From Bacteroidia bacterium (GTDB lineage: Bacteria > Bacteroidota > Bacteroidia > M30B66), in contig CBDIHM010000003.1 in the NCBI GenBank assembly GCA_965279035.1, positions 64,001 through 128,000 on the forward strand: a DNA stretch of 64,000 nt, in the 5' to 3' direction. Shown in pieces: positions 61,359-64,000 of this stretch; the stretch's first letter is position 1; the number at the start of each line of letters is the position of its first letter. Under the pieces are notes generated by a model that did no database searches, had not been told where the DNA came from, and saw only the letters and a program-made list of their open reading frames with translations. Made by a program: the position numbers and the translations under genes.

Positions 61359-64000
61359 GGTGTTGCCTCTGCTGTTTTCGAACCTGCTTTTGATTTCCGC
61401 AAACGTAGCTCTCTTTGGAGAGCGTGTGCCTGCAACACTTTCCAGGCAGCCGCTCGTCTCACCATAGCAGTTTGCACAGAGCCAGGGAATGCCAGGGCTT
61501 TGTGACAATAAGTGAACTGGGATGGATGTGGTCATAATGCAGCAAGTCATAGCACCCGTGCATACTGTGATGTTTAGTACTAAACTAGTGCACTAGTGCT
61601 GAAGTCCAGTCCTGGAGAGACTTGTGGGTGTCTGCAAGTTGCTTTGCAATAGTAATGCAGTCGCGAGGGATGGCAGAATGTTCCCCATTACTGATGTGTG
61701 ATTCCGACAGCGTGGGAAGTACATGGAATGAGAACGGCACACAGTGCCACCGATGAGTTGTACTTCCTTCTTTCAAGTCCAATAGGATGGCACTAGTCCA
61801 TGGAGTAATAATAGCTTGGAGACTGGCAAGATGCTGACTGTCATGTGTCCTTTGGTGTACCATCACGGACTGTGGTGCAATTTGTTTGCAAGAATGGAAG
61901 ATGGGAAGCTCGTGTCGGAGCAGTGACACCGAGGCTTTCAGTGACAGTGGTGTTCTTTGCATGCTTGCAAATGACAGTAGGATTTCATTAGCTGATGAAA
62001 TGGATGTAAGTTCACCGTTTTGCCATCAATCATCCTGTGTCCATTGCACTTTTAATCGCACTGATTAACTAGCACCGACACTGCTGCATAGTGGCTGCAT
62101 CACACCGCCGATCCCCTGGTCAAGGGGCCTCATATTCAACATCCAGCAAAATTTGTGATTATTGCTCACATTGCTCTGACACCCTAGCTCAAAAATCAGG
62201 TGTTCGTTATTGCTCTTCTGTTGCCAAAGATTACATGGTTTGTTGTTTTGCAGTATGTATGTGGCACATACTATGTGCTCAGGGAGCCAAGCTGTATAAG
62301 TAGCGCAGGTGCAGCGTCTAATCTGCTATGGGCACATGACTGGCTGTCACCCGAGTTGCGCATTTGAGTGGCCCCACGCCTGCTGGTGTCAAATGCTAAT
62401 GGCTAATGGGACACCAGAAGCAGTACAGAATACTGTGACCCTCAGAGCACAGATGCACAGGTGCCCAGGATCACTCACTGGGGCAGGAACATTCTTGGCA
62501 AATCAAATAGGCCAACCTTTCCATCCTCGATAGAGTGCAGCCAGACTCTGAGAGCAGATGGAAAACACAGCAGCTCTATCACGTCGGTGGCCGCCTCTTC
62601 TGCAGTTTTTCTGAAGCTGCAACCCTGTGCAGTCATTCAAGTAAGCTTACTGTCCCAATTTTGACCAATTACAACTGTTGGTGCCTTCTCCGCCTGAAAC
62701 CTCATCGGAAGGAGGCCGCATCGACACAGTGATCCTCACCGTGCTGGTTGTGCTTGTTGTCGAGCAGTACCGCTACCCATATTTGTGACTCCAGTAGACA
62801 AAAGGTAAGCCGCCGTGATGATGCTAATGCCATAAGTCACAGCGCAGATGATTTTCGACTTGCGATTGTCCTCATCGTCAGGGTGCCTTCGCAAGTGCGA
62901 AATGATATTGTTGAGGACGTTTTCCGACATATTGGACCCTTAAATGGGATGAAATATCCCTCTTTCAGCTTGCAAGTCCAACGATGGCCGGCAAGCAGTC
63001 CACTTGAACTGTCCCGTGTAAACGTCCAAATTCTGTCGTTTCCCAATCCAAAGCGTCAAGGGGTCACCTACCCTCAAAACTGGACTCAAAACCCCGAGTG
63101 AAAAATGTTTTGGTAGCTTTTCATTGTATCATCGCATCTCATAGTCACTGGCAGCCTTTGAGGATGGTGTTGCACGTTCCTTCAATTGGGGTTGACCCTG
63201 CAGAATAGCATATATGTCTGTCCACTTCTTGTGCACTGCTGCCACTGAATTCATCGAAGCACAGAGAGCCCCACACATAGATAACAATAAAAGGGCCCAT
63301 GCAAACCCACCTGAGGAGCCTCTGCATTCCCCTGGGCCCATGTTATGGGCTGTGCGCATATCTCACTGCCGCAGCTGGTCATGCGCATGTAGTGCATGCC
63401 ATCATTATAATCATACCTAGCACTGCTTTTGGCAATAGATATTGCAGACATTTTACATGCCGTGCTATAAATGTGGAGTCAGTTTGGCGGCATACATTCC
63501 CTGTCCTGTACAAAAGTTGAGTGTCCTCTCACAGAACAATGCATGCAACAGAACTCCTCGATACAAGCAGCCAAAGCTCGGCCAGCAAGAGCCACTCAAC
63601 GCTTTCAACAAGAGGCAGCGTCAAATCAAATAGTGAAACGACTGCCGGACAGTAAAAGCAACGGGTCTGTTCAAGAATGTGCACATGCAGTTTTCTTTTC
63701 ACAGCTGTCAGGAGTCATGTCATTAAATCCGTCTTTGCTGCCAACAAAGATATTTCATACTTGGCACAGAAAGTGCAAGAATTCAGCAGTGTGGAGCTAC
63801 TTGCAGCTGCTAGTGCAAGCGGCTCTGCTGTGCTCACCCTGCCTCAACCCGGCTCCAGTTTTGCAGTCACACACTTCAACCCACCCCTCCCCACTGCCAT
63901 GGACAGCTGCACTGTGCTCTGTCCAGTTCCCCGCAAAACTGTGGAAGAACAGCCAACAAAGATGTGCCTCCCTGCTGGCCTGTGCTGCTACAAGACTGCC

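Noticed and set aside
1-64000. Most ORF-track entries of 60-270 aa
   Set aside because: They are antisense shadows of GC-rich exons, or exon-plus-intron read-throughs starting at GTG/TTG. Spliced gene models explain the coding signal.

Overview
Intron-rich eukaryotic DNA, most likely a trebouxiophyte green alga of the Coccomyxa type. This is inferred from GTGCGC-type donors, TGCAG/CGCAG acceptors, TTTAGGG telomere-like heptamers and plant-like proteins. Most ORF-track entries are noise, and the real genes are spliced. Apparently intact genes: the 3' half of a PDR/ABCG transporter (+, to 9311), ALG5 (+), an RBP45/47-like triple-RRM protein (+), a GT25-like glycosyltransferase (+), RIO2 kinase (-), and a tandem pair of secreted Ser/Gly/Thr-rich proteins with a root-cap/VWD-like C-terminal domain carrying a conserved Asp-Pro motif (+). 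The 9.4-27.6 kb block is mostly decayed minus-strand genes. It holds three RBR/Rcat zinc-finger paralogs with hydrophobic tails, a PHR2-like photolyase pseudogene broken by a 14-bp fold-back insertion, small membrane-peptide ORFs, and CpG-rich islands with shared motifs and palindromes. A frameshifted F-box-like remnant lies at about 44.6-46 kb. I found no rRNA, tRNA, CRISPR array or autonomous transposon. Exon boundaries were read by eye and may be off by a few bases.
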